A DNA stretch of 64,000 nucleotides from an uncultured cyanobacterium (GTDB taxonomy: Bacteria; Cyanobacteriota; Cyanobacteriia; Cyanobacteriales; Cyanobacteriaceae). The translations under genes were made by a program, and so were the position numbers. Under the pieces are notes generated by a model. That model made no database searches, was not told the DNA's origin, and saw nothing but the letters and a program-made list of their open reading frames with translations. The stretch covers positions 160,001-224,000 of the forward strand of contig CAVQBA010000001.1 in NCBI GenBank assembly GCA_963710605.1, given 5' to 3'. Of the stretch, positions 32,148-43,409 are shown in pieces. Position 1 is the first letter of the stretch, and the number at the start of each line of letters is the position of its first letter.

Positions 32148-34796
32148 ATGACTAACTTACCTCCTTCCTTAAGCGGTGACGAAATAAGAGATAAATTTTT
32201 ACAATTTTTTGCCCAAAGAGATCATCAAATATTACCTAGTGCGTCCTTAATACCTGAAGACCCTACAGTATTATTAACTATAGCAGGGATGCTCCCTTTT
32301 AAACCGATTTTCCTCGGACAAAAAAAATCTGAGTTTCCTCGTGCGACTACTTCCCAAAAATGTATCCGTACCAACGACATCGAAAACGTCGGGCGTACTG
32401 CTAGACACCATACCTTTTTTGAGATGTTAGGTAACTTTAGTTTTGGTGACTATTTTAAAGAACAAGCGATTCGCTGGGGATGGGAATTATCAACGCAAGT
32501 ATATCAATTACCGCCAGAAAAAATTGTTGTTAGTGTCTTCCGTGATGACGATGAAGCCTACGAAATTTGGCGAGACAAAATTGGTGTACCCGAAAAAAGA
32601 ATCATCCGCATGGGTGAAGAAGATAACTTCTGGAAATCGGGGGCAACTGGTGCTCGTGGTCCTTGTTCTGAGTTATACTATGACTTTAAACCAGAGTTAG
32701 GCGATGATGATATCGATCTAGAAGATGACGATCGTTTCATCGAATTTTATAACCTCGTCTTCATGCAATACAATCGATCTGCTGATGGTAACTTAACCCC
32801 TTAGAAAATCGTAACATTGATACGGGTATGGGTTTAGAAAGAATGGCTCAAATCCTACAACAAGTACCAAACAATTACGAAACCGATCTTATTTTCCCGA
32901 TTATTAAAACAGCGGCTGATATTGCAGATATTGATTATCATACAAGCTGATGAAAAAACCAAAGTATCTCTTAAAGTAATTGGTGATCATGTTCGATCGG
33001 TCGTACAAATGATCGCTGATGGTGTTTCTACCTTCTAATACCGATAGAGGATATGTCTTAAGACGTTTAATTCGTCGAGTAGTTAGACACGGGCGTATGA
33101 TTGGGATTGAAAATAAATTTATCAATCAGGTTGCTGAAACTGCAATTCAACTTTTAGAAGGCGTTTATAGCAATACCAGAGAAAGAGAAGAATTAATTAA
33201 AGCTCAACTAGATAATGAAGAGACAACATTTTTGGCTACCTTAGAAAGAGGTGAAAAACTGCTAAGTGATGCGATTGTCAAACTCAAAGAAACAGGTAAA
33301 ACGATCGTTTCAGGAGAAGATGCTTTCACGCTATACGACACCTATGGTTTTCCCTTCGAGTTAACCCAAGAAATTGCCGAAGAAGAAGGGCTGGTAGTGG
33401 ATGAAGAAGGTTTTAAAGTCAAAATGAAAGAGCAACAAGTGCGTGGTAAAAACGCTCATAAAACGATCGATTTAACCTTACAAGGAAGTATCGAGCAGTT
33501 AAGCGAAAGTCTGCAACCAACCCAATTTTTAGGTTACGATCAAAATCAATTATCTGCTCGTGTAGAAGTCTTATTAATTGATGGTAAATCAGTAGAAACC
33601 GCCGAAGCAGGAGACAAGATACAATTAATTTTTGACCAAACTCCTTTTTATGCTGAATCTGGAGGGCAAATTGGCGATAAGGGTTTTCTAGCTGGAGATG
33701 ATGCTTTAATCTCGATCGAAGATGTGCAAAAACAATCAAACTTTTTTGTTCATGATGGTATCGTTAAAAGAGGTACAGTAGAAGTAGGACAAGAATTGAA
33801 CGCAACAATCGATCGTAGTTGTCGTCGTCGTGCTCAAGCTAATCATACCGCAACCCATTTATTGCAATCAGCCTTAAGAAAAATTGTCAGCGATTCTATC
33901 TCTCAAGCAGGCTCACTTGTCGATTTTAATCGTTTACGTTTCGACTTCAATTACCCTAAAGCTGTTACAAAAGAACAATTACAGCAAATAGAAGAACAAG
34001 TTAATACTTGGATTGCTGAAGCACATACTGCTCATATTTCTGTGATGGGAATTGATGAAGCTAAAGCAAAAGGAGCGATCGCTATGTTCAACGAAAAATA
34101 TGGATCAGAGGTACGTGTCATCGACATACCCGAAGTTTCGATGGAATTATGCGGGGGGACTCATGTCAAAAATACCGCTGAAATAGGTGTCTTTAAAATC
34201 GTCTCAGAGAGTGGTATTTCTGCTGGTGTCAGAAGAATTGAAGCTGTCGCTGGTGCATCAGTATTAGAATATCTTCAAGTACGTGATGATGTTGTTAAAG
34301 AGTTATCTGATAAACTCAAAGCCAAACCCGAAGAAATACCCGATCGTTTTACTAACTTACAAACTGAGTTAAAAAATACTCAAAAAGAAGTAGAAAACCT
34401 CAAACAACAATTAGCGTTCATTGAAATCTGACAGTTTGATTAATGAAGGCTATTACAGTCGGAGACTTTAAAGTATTAGTTGCCAACATGGGCGAGTTAG
34501 ACGCTAAATCATTACAAACCGCAGGAGAAAGACTACAGCAAAAACTGGGTGAAAGTGCGGTGGTTTTGGCTTCAATTCCAGCAGAAGGTAAAGTTAGTTT
34601 GGTGGCGGCTTTCAGTGAAGGTGTTTATAAAGATAAAAAGTTACCCGCGGGTAAGTTTATCGGTGTAATCGCCAAAATCTGCGGAGGCGGAGGCGGAGGG
34701 CGACCAAATCTGGCTCAAGCAGGTGGTAGAGATGCGTCTAAGATTGATGAGGCTTTAGAAACTGCGATGGCGACGTTAAAAGATAATTTAGCTTAA
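32148..34796 (+). CDS. alaS: Alanine--tRNA ligase (3 apparent frameshifts)
   Basis: [51 protein letters not shown] across ORFs 32148-32804, 33019-34431, 34443-34796. Confidence 0.96.
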
Positions 34797-34804
34797 AAAT
34801 AAAA

Positions 34805-34829
34805 TGTAGGGTGGGTATTGCCCACCTTA
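34805..34829. repeat. REP-like hairpin / possible terminator
   Basis: TGTAGGGTGGGTATTGCCCACCTT. Confidence 0.6.
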
Positions 34830-34927
34830 AAAACACTGTAATTCACCGCTTAATTTTTACGTTTTAACGCTTAATTATCAAATTTCAAGAGAAAAATAAT
34901 ATAATCAATATTAATCAAAAGATTAAT

Positions 34928-35191
34928 TTGAGAACTAATGCGATGAATGTTAATTTTCCCATACCCCAAGAACTTGAACATTATGTTAAATTACAGGTTC
35001 AATCTGGCGATCATGCTAGTGTAGCAGATTATTTTTTAGCATTATTACATCAAGATCATCAAAAGAAAATAGCACAGGAAAAATTAAAAGAATTAATACA
35101 AGAAGGTTTAGATTCTGAAGGTGAATTAGTTACTTCAGATTATTGGCAAAATCTGCGAATGTCAGTTTTAGAAGCACCGCCAGAAGTATGA
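34928..35191 (+). CDS. ParD-like antitoxin
   Basis: ELEHYVKLQVQSGDHASVADY...LIQEGLDS. Confidence 0.8.
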   Translation: MRTNAMNVNFPIPQELEHYVKLQVQSGDHASVADYFLALLHQDHQKKIAQEKLKELIQEGLDSEGELVTSDYWQNLRMSVLEAPPEV

Positions 35192-35517
35192 GTTTATCAT
35201 TAATTATCCGTAATCGAGCTACTAAGGATATTAGACAACAAGCTAATTATATATTGACCCAAAGGAATCGTAATACAGCCGAAAAATTTTTATCTTCTGC
35301 TGAGTTAACCTTTTCTCAATTAGTCAAAACACCCCATATAGGGAAAGTTGTCTCATTTGGTTTGTTCGATATTGGCGAAATTCGTCAGTGGTATATCAAG
35401 AACTTTAGAGATTATTTGATTTTTTATCAAGTAGTAGATGAGAGAATTGAAATTCTAAGAGTTTTAAATGGTAGAAGAGATTTGAGAGATATTTTGCCAT
35501 TTTTAGATGAAGAATAA
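35188..35517 (+). CDS. ParE/RelE-family toxin
   Basis: ATGA overlap; ATKDI, PHIG, YLIFY, IEILRVLNGRRDL. Confidence 0.85.
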   Translation: MSLSLIIRNRATKDIRQQANYILTQRNRNTAEKFLSSAELTFSQLVKTPHIGKVVSFGLFDIGEIRQWYIKNFRDYLIFYQVVDERIEILRVLNGRRDLRDILPFLDEE

Positions 35518-35634
35518 GTAAATTTTGATAATTATAGATCGAATGACACGATCGGTTTCAAAATAACATAAGTATGAATCAATTCGAGTGATAGTACAAT
35601 ACAACTATTATGTATTGTTTAAAAAAATATTATT

Positions 35635-36268
35635 ATGTCTATCTTAAAAGACGCATTAAACAGAATTGACTTATGGCTTGAGAATAACCAAGAAAAATTA
35701 TATGCACAAAGATTAAAACAAAGTTTGTTACCTGGTGTTTCTCGTGAAGAAATCGATCGAGCATTTCACGATATTGATTCATTTTATTATTTACCAGAGG
35801 AATTATATGAGTTGTATGAATGGCACGATGGTAGTATGAATTCGGTTATACCTCTGAGTAGCGCAATGGATGCCTTTTGAAGACATAATGTGGGCGACAA
35901 CAGATGAAGTGTCATTCACCTTATTTTCGTTTATTTTAGGAGATGATTATGTAGCATTTGTTATTCGAGGCAGTGAACAAAAAAGCGAAGAGTATTCATC
36001 TGTTTATTATTACAGTAAAGACGGATGGACAGATTATTCAGTAGAAGTAGCACCAAACATTACAAGCATTATGTGTGCTGTAGCTGAGTGTTTAGAAACT
36101 TATGGTTATACTTCATCATCAGAAGCAATCTTTGATGATACAAGACTTTGTTGGGATGACAAAGAAAATTTTAATCGTACTATGAGTAATCTTGAGGCAG
36201 AATACCTACCTTTATTTTGGAAAATTTATCGAAAATACGACATTGATGTAGAAAGTATTTGGTGGTAA
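35635..36268 (+). CDS. SMI1/KNR4-like immunity protein (split near 35875)
   Basis: ALNRIDLWLE..LLPGVSREEI..LPEELYELYEWHDG; second ORF has NITSIMCAVAECLE. Confidence 0.7.
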
Positions 36269-36395
36269 ATAAAATTATCGGTGAATAACGACTTATCGGA
36301 TGACACAGGTTTAAAATAGATGAGACAAACCAAATGCTTGTTAAGATAGAAGCTAAAGTCTCGCTCTTCTTCTCATTACAGTTTTTATTCAATAG

Positions 36396-36749
36396 ATGTC
36401 TTATACACCAGTCATTGAGGGTAGTTTAGTCGCATTTGGAATTATCGGCTTAACTATAACTGCAATTTTTTATAGTATCAGCAAACCTGAATATCGTAAT
36501 GGTAATTTAGCTAATCTTATTTGTTGGTTAACTGTAGCTTTAGCTGTTTTGACTCTTGCTCTAATTTTATTAATGGGAAAAACAATTACAGCAATTAGCT
36601 TCACTGTTATTTATATCTTGCTAACTTTTATTCAACCAATTATAGATACGTATGTTGTATCCACTTTATTTATTACCTCTATCGTAATGATTATTGGGTT
36701 AGTATGTTCACTTTTAATTATTTCCTGTTTTTCCTTTCTTCCTATCTAA
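36396..36749 (+). CDS. Small hydrophobic membrane protein
   Basis: 117 aa, about 4 hydrophobic segments. Confidence 0.55.
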   Translation: MSYTPVIEGSLVAFGIIGLTITAIFYSISKPEYRNGNLANLICWLTVALAVLTLALILLMGKTITAISFTVIYILLTFIQPIIDTYVVSTLFITSIVMIIGLVCSLLIISCFSFLPI

Positions 36750-36796
36750 AAAACCATCAATGCAAAAATGCTAACATTAAATAAGATGTTAATTTA

Positions 36797-37153
36797 ATGC
36801 AGGAATACATGATGATTAATTTAAGTCGAGATATTCAATCTTTGTCAACTTTTAAACGTAATACTAATGAGTTGATGAAACAAATAAAAGAAACAGGAAA
36901 TCCTCTTGTTTTAACTGTAAATGGTAAAGCCGAATTAATTGTTCAAGATGCTGTTTCTTATCAAAAATTATTAGATTCAATCGAAGAATTAAAAGCTATT
37001 ATCAAGCAAAAACAATCTCTTGAATCATTAGAAAACTACACTATAGATGATTTTAATCAAGAAACTCAACAAGCAATTATCAATACTGAAATAGGAGAAA
37101 ATCTAACTGTTTGCCAAGATAAAGACGATCTTTATAGTCAATTAGGTATTTAA
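36797..37153 (+). CDS. Phd/YefM-family antitoxin with DinJ-like tail
   Basis: IQSLSTFKRN...PLVLTVNGKAELIVQD. Confidence 0.85.
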   Translation: MQEYMMINLSRDIQSLSTFKRNTNELMKQIKETGNPLVLTVNGKAELIVQDAVSYQKLLDSIEELKAIIKQKQSLESLENYTIDDFNQETQQAIINTEIGENLTVCQDKDDLYSQLGI

Positions 37154-37173
37154 TGTTAACATCAGTAAGAAAA

Positions 37174-37485
37174 TTAATCATCGGATGATAGAGGTTTAAA
37201 ATCAATCGATAAATCAAGCACTTGTAAAATAGAAGCCAAAGTTTCAACAGTAGGATTACCCTTACCACTAAACAAAAGATGTAAATGTTGTCTTGATATT
37301 TGAGATTTATTAGCTAATTCAGATATAGACACTTTAGCATCAACAATATTTTTTAAAGCTAAGAGAAAAGCCTCCATATTACCATCATTAAGAGTTTCAT
37401 CAAAAGCAGTTGTGAGATATTTTGAAGCGTAATTTGAATCACGAAGTCTTAATAACTTATCTTCTTGATAACTTTTTACTGGCAT
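37174..37485 (-). CDS. Addiction-module antidote (HigA-like HTH)
   Basis: AFLLALKNIV...ISRQHL...GNPTVETL. Confidence 0.85.
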   Translation of the reverse strand: MPVKSYQEDKLLRLRDSNYASKYLTTAFDETLNDGNMEAFLLALKNIVDAKVSISELANKSQISRQHLHLLFSGKGNPTVETLASILQVLDLSIDFKPLSSDD

Positions 37486-37488
37486 TGT

Positions 37489-37827
37489 TTAATTTTCTCC
37501 TACTTCTTTTTTATAATCAAACCAATATTTTTGAGCAATTTTAATATCTTTATTTTGACTCTTTTTCGATCCTCGTGTAAGTAAGAGGACAATTCTTTTT
37601 CCTGTTATTCCATAATAAACTCTATATCCTGAATCGAAAAAAAATCTTAACTCATAAACACCTTTTCCTACACTTTTATAATCGCCAAAATTACCTAATA
37701 CTAGTCGATCGAAACGAACATCAATACGTACTTGAGTTTTTACTGAAAGATTTTTAAACCATTCATCAAATGGGCATATATTATTATTGGTAACATATTT
37801 CTGAATTTCCCATTCTTTTTCACTCAT
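37489..37827 (-). CDS. Addiction-module killer (HigB/RelE-like)
   Basis: GNFGDYKSVGKGVYELR, GYRVYY, GSKKSQNKDI. Confidence 0.88.
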   Translation of the reverse strand: MSEKEWEIQKYVTNNNICPFDEWFKNLSVKTQVRIDVRFDRLVLGNFGDYKSVGKGVYELRFFFDSGYRVYYGITGKRIVLLLTRGSKKSQNKDIKIAQKYWFDYKKEVGEN

Positions 37828-38099
37828 AAATTATTATACTAAGTCTTTTATTTTATTCATTTTGTCAGATAAATATGACATTAGTAATTATAGACTAACG
37901 ATCGTCAAAGATAAATATACGATCGAAGTTATAGCGATTAAACAGAGAATTAATAACAAATATTAAGTTTCAAGCTAAATATATCATTGAGCCACATACT
38001 TCAGTAAATTTGAATTAAGATAAAAAAACTAATTCGATCGTTAGATAAAATAACCAATATCTCTAAGTTAGTTCAATTGTTATAAAGTACTATCTAATA

Positions 38100-38975
38100 T
38101 TGAAAACAGACAGTCAATTTATCGTCTTTAGTTTAACCAACTCCTATTACCGCTTATTTGCGATGACTAATAATATTATTTCGAGTGACAGACTAAAAAA
38201 CCGCCGTAATGTACTTAAAAAACAACGTCAATGGCGTATCTTCATTTGTTCTATTCGTATTTTACTAATAACATCTTTGTTTGGTAGTGTTTTTTGGCTT
38301 TTTACTTCACCTAGATGGGTGCTTAGCGATAGTAAACAAATTGAAATAGAAGGAAATAATTTATTAACAGACGATGAAATTCGTAGTTTAGTGGATATTA
38401 GCTACCCTAAGTCTTTATTACAACTCTCAATTGATCAAATCAGGAATGATTTAGAGGAAGATATTCCTGTACGTGATGTTATAGTTACCAAAAAGTTTAT
38501 TCCTCCTGGTTTACAGATTCAAGTTACCGAAAAAAAACCAATTGCTGTGGCTTTGGCACCAAGATTATCACCAAAAACTAAAAAGGTGCAGGTAGAAACG
38601 ATCGGTTATATTGATGAAGATGGTAAATTTATTTCTAGTAAGTTGTACCAAAACTTGAAAAAAAATCCTGAGCAAATACCTAAATTAAAAATTACTGGTA
38701 ATCCGCAAATATATTTAGCTTATTGGTCAGAATTATATAATTTATTAACTCAATCTCAAGTAGAAGTAAAAGAACTAAACTGGCAGAATCCTGCTAATCT
38801 AATTCTAACAACTGACTTAGGAAAGGTACATTTAGGTAGTTATACCTCTAAATTTGCTGAACAATTAATGATGTTAGAAAAACTAAAAATAATTACTCAA
38901 CAAGTACGTAGAGAAGATATTCTTTATATTGATTTGACTGACCCTCAAATACCATCTATTAAAAAACGAAATTAA
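38100..38975 (+). CDS. ftsQ: Cell division protein FtsQ (start probably 38163)
   Basis: Basic N-tail, TM, POTRA region (IEGN, EKKPIA), YIDLTDP. Confidence 0.85.
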   Translation: MKTDSQFIVFSLTNSYYRLFAMTNNIISSDRLKNRRNVLKKQRQWRIFICSIRILLITSLFGSVFWLFTSPRWVLSDSKQIEIEGNNLLTDDEIRSLVDISYPKSLLQLSIDQIRNDLEEDIPVRDVIVTKKFIPPGLQIQVTEKKPIAVALAPRLSPKTKKVQVETIGYIDEDGKFISSKLYQNLKKNPEQIPKLKITGNPQIYLAYWSELYNLLTQSQVEVKELNWQNPANLILTTDLGKVHLGSYTSKFAEQLMMLEKLKIITQQVRREDILYIDLTDPQIPSIKKRN

Positions 38976-39349
38976 AATTGCTTATCTTATTTTTATCTAT
39001 TTAATAATATTATAAATTATTCTCGTTTCAAATTAGTCTAGGAAATAAACATCAGTTGTCGTTATCCTTTTTTTAATTGTGATTGCATTAATCATCTGCG
39101 ATCATCATCAAATGGGATGATTTTTTGACTCTAGAATGAAACGATCGAGTCATATTAGGATATAATCATATTAGGTTTAATTAAAAAGTCAATTCTTATA
39201 AATCACGATCGTTTTTTATATTTGTTACAATTAAAAAGCAAATACTTTATTGTAATTCAGAAAAAATATTAGCCATTAATGTTATGATTAATAATGGTAA
39301 TAATCTGAAAATAAATATAAATTTAAAGATCATAATTTAACTGGTAAAA

Positions 39350-40585
39350 ATGCCCATAGAAGTAATTAATTGGTGGCGAATTGTTTTACCTCCTGTAGCA
39401 GGTGGTTTTATAGGTTATTTAACTAATGATTTAGCAATTAATATGCTATTTCGTCCTTACAAAGCTCGATACATATTTGGCAAAAGAGTACCGTTTACCC
39501 CCGGTTTAATTCCCCGTAATCAAGAGAGATTAGCAAAAAGAGTCGCCGATACTATCATGACTTCTTTGTTAACACCAGATGAGTTACAAAAGTTAGCCAA
39601 AAAATTATTAGCCGTAGAAAGGGTACAAAGTGCTATTTCGTGGCTTTTGCAATTAGCATTAAAGCAAGTAAAAGAAGATAAAGAAAAGAAAACAGCTAAA
39701 ATTTTAGGCAATGTACTTAAAGATTTGTTCGGTGATTCTTTACCTAAATTACTCAAAATATTAGTCAGAAAAGATGATTTATTAGAAGGGCAAATCAATC
39801 AAATATTCGATCGTATTTTGTTAGAATTTCAATTAACGGAAGTACAAGCAAGACAATTATCAGATTGGGTATTAAAAGTTGTTTTGGCACCTAATTTGAT
39901 TAGACAAACATTAATTGATTTTTTAACTGATCGTAATATTAGCGTAATTGATGAAGGTTTTCGGGAAAAAACTAGTGGTACTTATTGGGTAGTTGCCAAT
40001 TTATTCGGTGTCAGAAATACTTTGCTCAGATTACGTAGTTTTTGTTTAGACGAAAAAGAAGTTGCGAATACTCGCATTCAAGAATTACTATTGTCTTTAG
40101 AAGCCAGAAATAGACTCAAAGAATTTTTCCTATCTTTATCATTACAAAATTTACCTGTAGGCACTGTTAAACAATTAAGAAAAACTACTAATACCGCAGT
40201 CAGAGGTTATCTAAAAGATAATGGCTCGGAAGTTTTACAACAATTTAGCTCTATGATAGAGTGGGATAAAATATCGATCTTAATTATTAATCGTTTACAA
40301 GCATCTAATGTCGTTAATAGCTCTTTAGGTTTGATTAGTGAAGAATTAGCTTTAATCTTAGAGCGTTATTTAGAAAACGATTTAGAAAAAATTGTCGCTC
40401 AGGTTATCCCTATTTTATCGATCGATGAGGTAATTGTCGAGAGAGTTAAAGCAACTTCTCCTGAAGAATTAGAAGTAGCAACCCAAAGTATTGTCAAAAA
40501 TGAATTACAAGCGATCGTTAATTTAGGTGGTATTTTAGGTATAGTTATCGGACTATTACAAAGTATTCTGTTTTTAGTAACTTAA
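39350..40585 (+). CDS. DUF445 family protein
   Basis: [38 protein letters not shown]. Confidence 0.9.
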   Translation: MPIEVINWWRIVLPPVAGGFIGYLTNDLAINMLFRPYKARYIFGKRVPFTPGLIPRNQERLAKRVADTIMTSLLTPDELQKLAKKLLAVERVQSAISWLLQLALKQVKEDKEKKTAKILGNVLKDLFGDSLPKLLKILVRKDDLLEGQINQIFDRILLEFQLTEVQARQLSDWVLKVVLAPNLIRQTLIDFLTDRNISVIDEGFREKTSGTYWVVANLFGVRNTLLRLRSFCLDEKEVANTRIQELLLSLEARNRLKEFFLSLSLQNLPVGTVKQLRKTTNTAVRGYLKDNGSEVLQQFSSMIEWDKISILIINRLQASNVVNSSLGLISEELALILERYLENDLEKIVAQVIPILSIDEVIVERVKATSPEELEVATQSIVKNELQAIVNLGGILGIVIGLLQSILFLVT

Positions 40586-40817
40586 AACGAAAATTGACAA
40601 AAATTGGTACTTGCAATAATGAAGAATGGAAAATAAAGAATAGAGAATTAATTTTATTATAGTCGTAAAAAAAAAGAATTGAGATAGTATTAATAATCGT
40701 AAAAATGTAAGTAGCAAACCCGCCGTGTAATAAATTACAAGGCTAATAAATACCGTTTAATAAATTAAACTCAAAGAAAATATATCAGATTGTCTCATTC
40801 TTATTTTAATTAGCTAT

Positions 40818-41192
40818 ACAATCAAAAGTAAATTGTCAATTTTCGCTACGAACACTATCGTATTACTAGATGATTACACATATCATCGCCAATTGAGCAT
40901 AAAGGGAAGTCACGATCGAATCTTAGGTTAGTATAAGTATCACAATCAGAAGTAAATTGTCAGTTTTCGTTACGAACACTATGGTATTACTAGATGATTA
41001 CGCATCTTTATGTCTAAAAAACGATCGTAGTTTAATCAGATAATTCTTAATTCTCTTACTGAACAATTCTCAATTATCAATTCTGTAAAGTTCTATGGTA
41101 TTACTAGATGATTACACATCTTAAGAGTTAAAAGTTAAGAGTTAAGAGTTAAGAGTAAAATAATTCTTAATTCTCTTACTGAACAATTCTCC
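40818..41192. repeat. Degenerate direct repeats with about 114-124 bp period plus a heptamer array
   Basis: CTAT(C/G)GTATTACTAGATGATTAC(A/G)CAT at 40855, 40979, 41093; TAATTCTTAATTCTCTTACTGAACAATTCTC at 41041 and 41161. Confidence 0.85.
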
Positions 41193-41205
41193 ATTCTCAA
41201 TTATT

Positions 41206-42873
41206 ATGTACCCATTAACAGAGTTTTTAACCGAAGAAGAGATAGACAATATATCCTCACCCTACTATCAGACTATCACTTATAGTTATGAAGGTATTTG
41301 TCCGCAAACAGGAGAAAAACTAACCTTACCTCGTACTATAGTTGCTGAAAAAATAGCGATTCGTTTAAGTAAGCAATTGACACAACGAGGATGGGAAGCA
41401 AAAAAAGGAAAAATGTTGGGGGTATTGATAATAAAAGATAAAACAGGTAAATTAGGCGTAATCAAAGCCTTTTCTGGCTCAATGAAAGAAGAGAAACAAC
41501 TGACAGGATGGGTAACACAAATACCAGGGCATTCAGTAATCGCCCTTGCTGAAAAACTAACTTTACAAAAATTAGAGCAAATCAAAGAGCAAATACTAGA
41601 ATTACAACATTTACCGATTAGACAAGTATATCCACAATTACAAGCCGAATTTACCCAAGAAAAAAAACAACTAAAGCAAATTCATCGTCAACGCAAAAAA
41701 GCTAGAGATAAACAAAGACAAACACTTTTAGAGAATGAAGACACTCAATCTTTAGAAACACAAATGTACCAACTACAACAGCAAAGTCGTCGTGATGATT
41801 GGGAAAGAAGAAAACTAAAGCAGAGATGGCAAGAAAAACTTGAGCCTATTGAAAAGCAAATTAATGAGGCTGATAAACAAATTCAACAACTCAAGCAAGG
41901 AAGAAAACAAGCCTCTCGACAGTTACAAGCACAAATGCAAACAGCTTATACTATCACTAATTTTGCAGGGGATAGTCTTAGTGTGGGTAAATTGATGGGT
42001 AAAACTTTCATCCCGACAGGTACGGGCGATTGTTGTCTGCCTAAGTTATTACATCATTGTGCGACTCATAATCTACTACCTGTGGCGATGGCAGAAATTT
42101 GGTGGGGAAAAACATCACCTAACGGTTTGATGGTAGCTGGTAATTTTTATCCTGCTTGTGAAGAACGTTGTCAACCTTTAATGGGTTTTCTTTTATCTGG
42201 TTTACAAGTCAAAAATAAGATCGATCGATCGTTATCAATGCCAATTATTTATCAAGATGATTACTTAATTGCTGTTGATAAGTCAAGTGGTTTACTATCA
42301 GTTTCAGGTAGAGGTAGTGACAAGTTTGATAGCGTTGTTTCTCGTTTTAGACAGATTACTGGTAATGAAAATCATTTATATATTAACGCAGTCCATCGAT
42401 TAGATCAAGATACATCTGGACTACTATTATTAGCCAAAGACGATCGAACTTATATTCATCTTTCACAACAGTTTGCACAAGGCAAAGTCAAGAAAATCTA
42501 TGAAGCGATCGTCTGTGGTATCGTAACTAATGATGATGGTGAAATCAATTTACCTTTATGGGGTAACCCTTTGTCTCGCCCTCGACAAGAAGTAAATTAC
42601 CAGTATGGAAAACCGAGTTTAACTTATTACCGTGTCTTAGAAAAAGATACACAAAACAAAACGACTAGGATTGAATTTATACCCCATACAGGAAGAACAC
42701 ATCAATTAAGAGTACATTCGCTTTTTGGTTTAGGTTTTGCTATCAAAGGGGATAAGCTATATGATAAAGCAGTTGACGGAGACGATCGATTATTTCTTCA
42801 TGCTCGTGACATCACATTCACTCATCCTATAACCCAACAAACTATTCACCTTAAAACAAAAATACCCTTTTGA
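41206..42873 (+). CDS. RluA-family pseudouridine synthase (long form)
   Basis: HRLDQDTSG, TGRTHQLRVH, N-terminal GKMLGVL and coiled coil. Confidence 0.92.
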   Translation: MYPLTEFLTEEEIDNISSPYYQTITYSYEGICPQTGEKLTLPRTIVAEKIAIRLSKQLTQRGWEAKKGKMLGVLIIKDKTGKLGVIKAFSGSMKEEKQLTGWVTQIPGHSVIALAEKLTLQKLEQIKEQILELQHLPIRQVYPQLQAEFTQEKKQLKQIHRQRKKARDKQRQTLLENEDTQSLETQMYQLQQQSRRDDWERRKLKQRWQEKLEPIEKQINEADKQIQQLKQGRKQASRQLQAQMQTAYTITNFAGDSLSVGKLMGKTFIPTGTGDCCLPKLLHHCATHNLLPVAMAEIWWGKTSPNGLMVAGNFYPACEERCQPLMGFLLSGLQVKNKIDRSLSMPIIYQDDYLIAVDKSSGLLSVSGRGSDKFDSVVSRFRQITGNENHLYINAVHRLDQDTSGLLLLAKDDRTYIHLSQQFAQGKVKKIYEAIVCGIVTNDDGEINLPLWGNPLSRPRQEVNYQYGKPSLTYYRVLEKDTQNKTTRIEFIPHTGRTHQLRVHSLFGLGFAIKGDKLYDKAVDGDDRLFLHARDITFTHPITQQTIHLKTKIPF

Positions 42874-43010
42874 AAGAGTAACGAGTAATGAGTAACGAGT
42901 AATGAGTAAGAGATACCAATTATTAATTCTTCTAGATAGATGAGTGCCTGTTGCCTTCCTAACTCCGAATTCCGACTTCCGAATTAATTGTTCATTCTTG
43001 GCACTGTTGA

Positions 43011-43409
43011 TTATTTGTTGCCAATTACTTGTTTGATTTTGTTGACAAATTCGTTATGATCAACTATTGGTTTAGAGATATAAGTATCAGCACCACTTTG
43101 GGATAATAAATTTTCTCGATCGCCCCTCATAGCATGAGCGGTTACAAGTATAATGGGTATATGCTTAGTTTTCTCGTCATTTTTGAGCATTCGAGTAATT
43201 TTGACACCGTCAACTGGTTGCCCTTGATAATAGCTATTAGCTAAAGATATATCCATCAAAATCACATCGACTTCAAGTGAATGAGTTATGGAGATAATTT
43301 CCTCAACATTTTCTGTACCTCTAACATCAAATCCACCTCTTTTAACAAGAATTTTAGAAAAAACTTTTAAATTGATCGGATCGTCTTCTACAATCAATAC
43401 TATACCCAT
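43011..43409 (-). CDS. Single-domain response regulator (DivK-like)
   Basis: LIVEDD, ILMD, VTAHAM, YISKP. Confidence 0.9.
   Translation of the reverse strand: MGIVLIVEDDPINLKVFSKILVKRGGFDVRGTENVEEIISITHSLEVDVILMDISLANSYYQGQPVDGVKITRMLKNDEKTKHIPIILVTAHAMRGDRENLLSQSGADTYISKPIVDHNEFVNKIKQVIGNK

Noticed and set aside
32148-34796. Split alaS (and argS) as programmed frameshifting
   Set aside because: Several unrelated break sites and no recognisable recoding signal.
40818-41192. Second CRISPR array
   Set aside because: Only three cores, spacing of about 120 bp, partly shared intervening sequence and no repeat palindrome.
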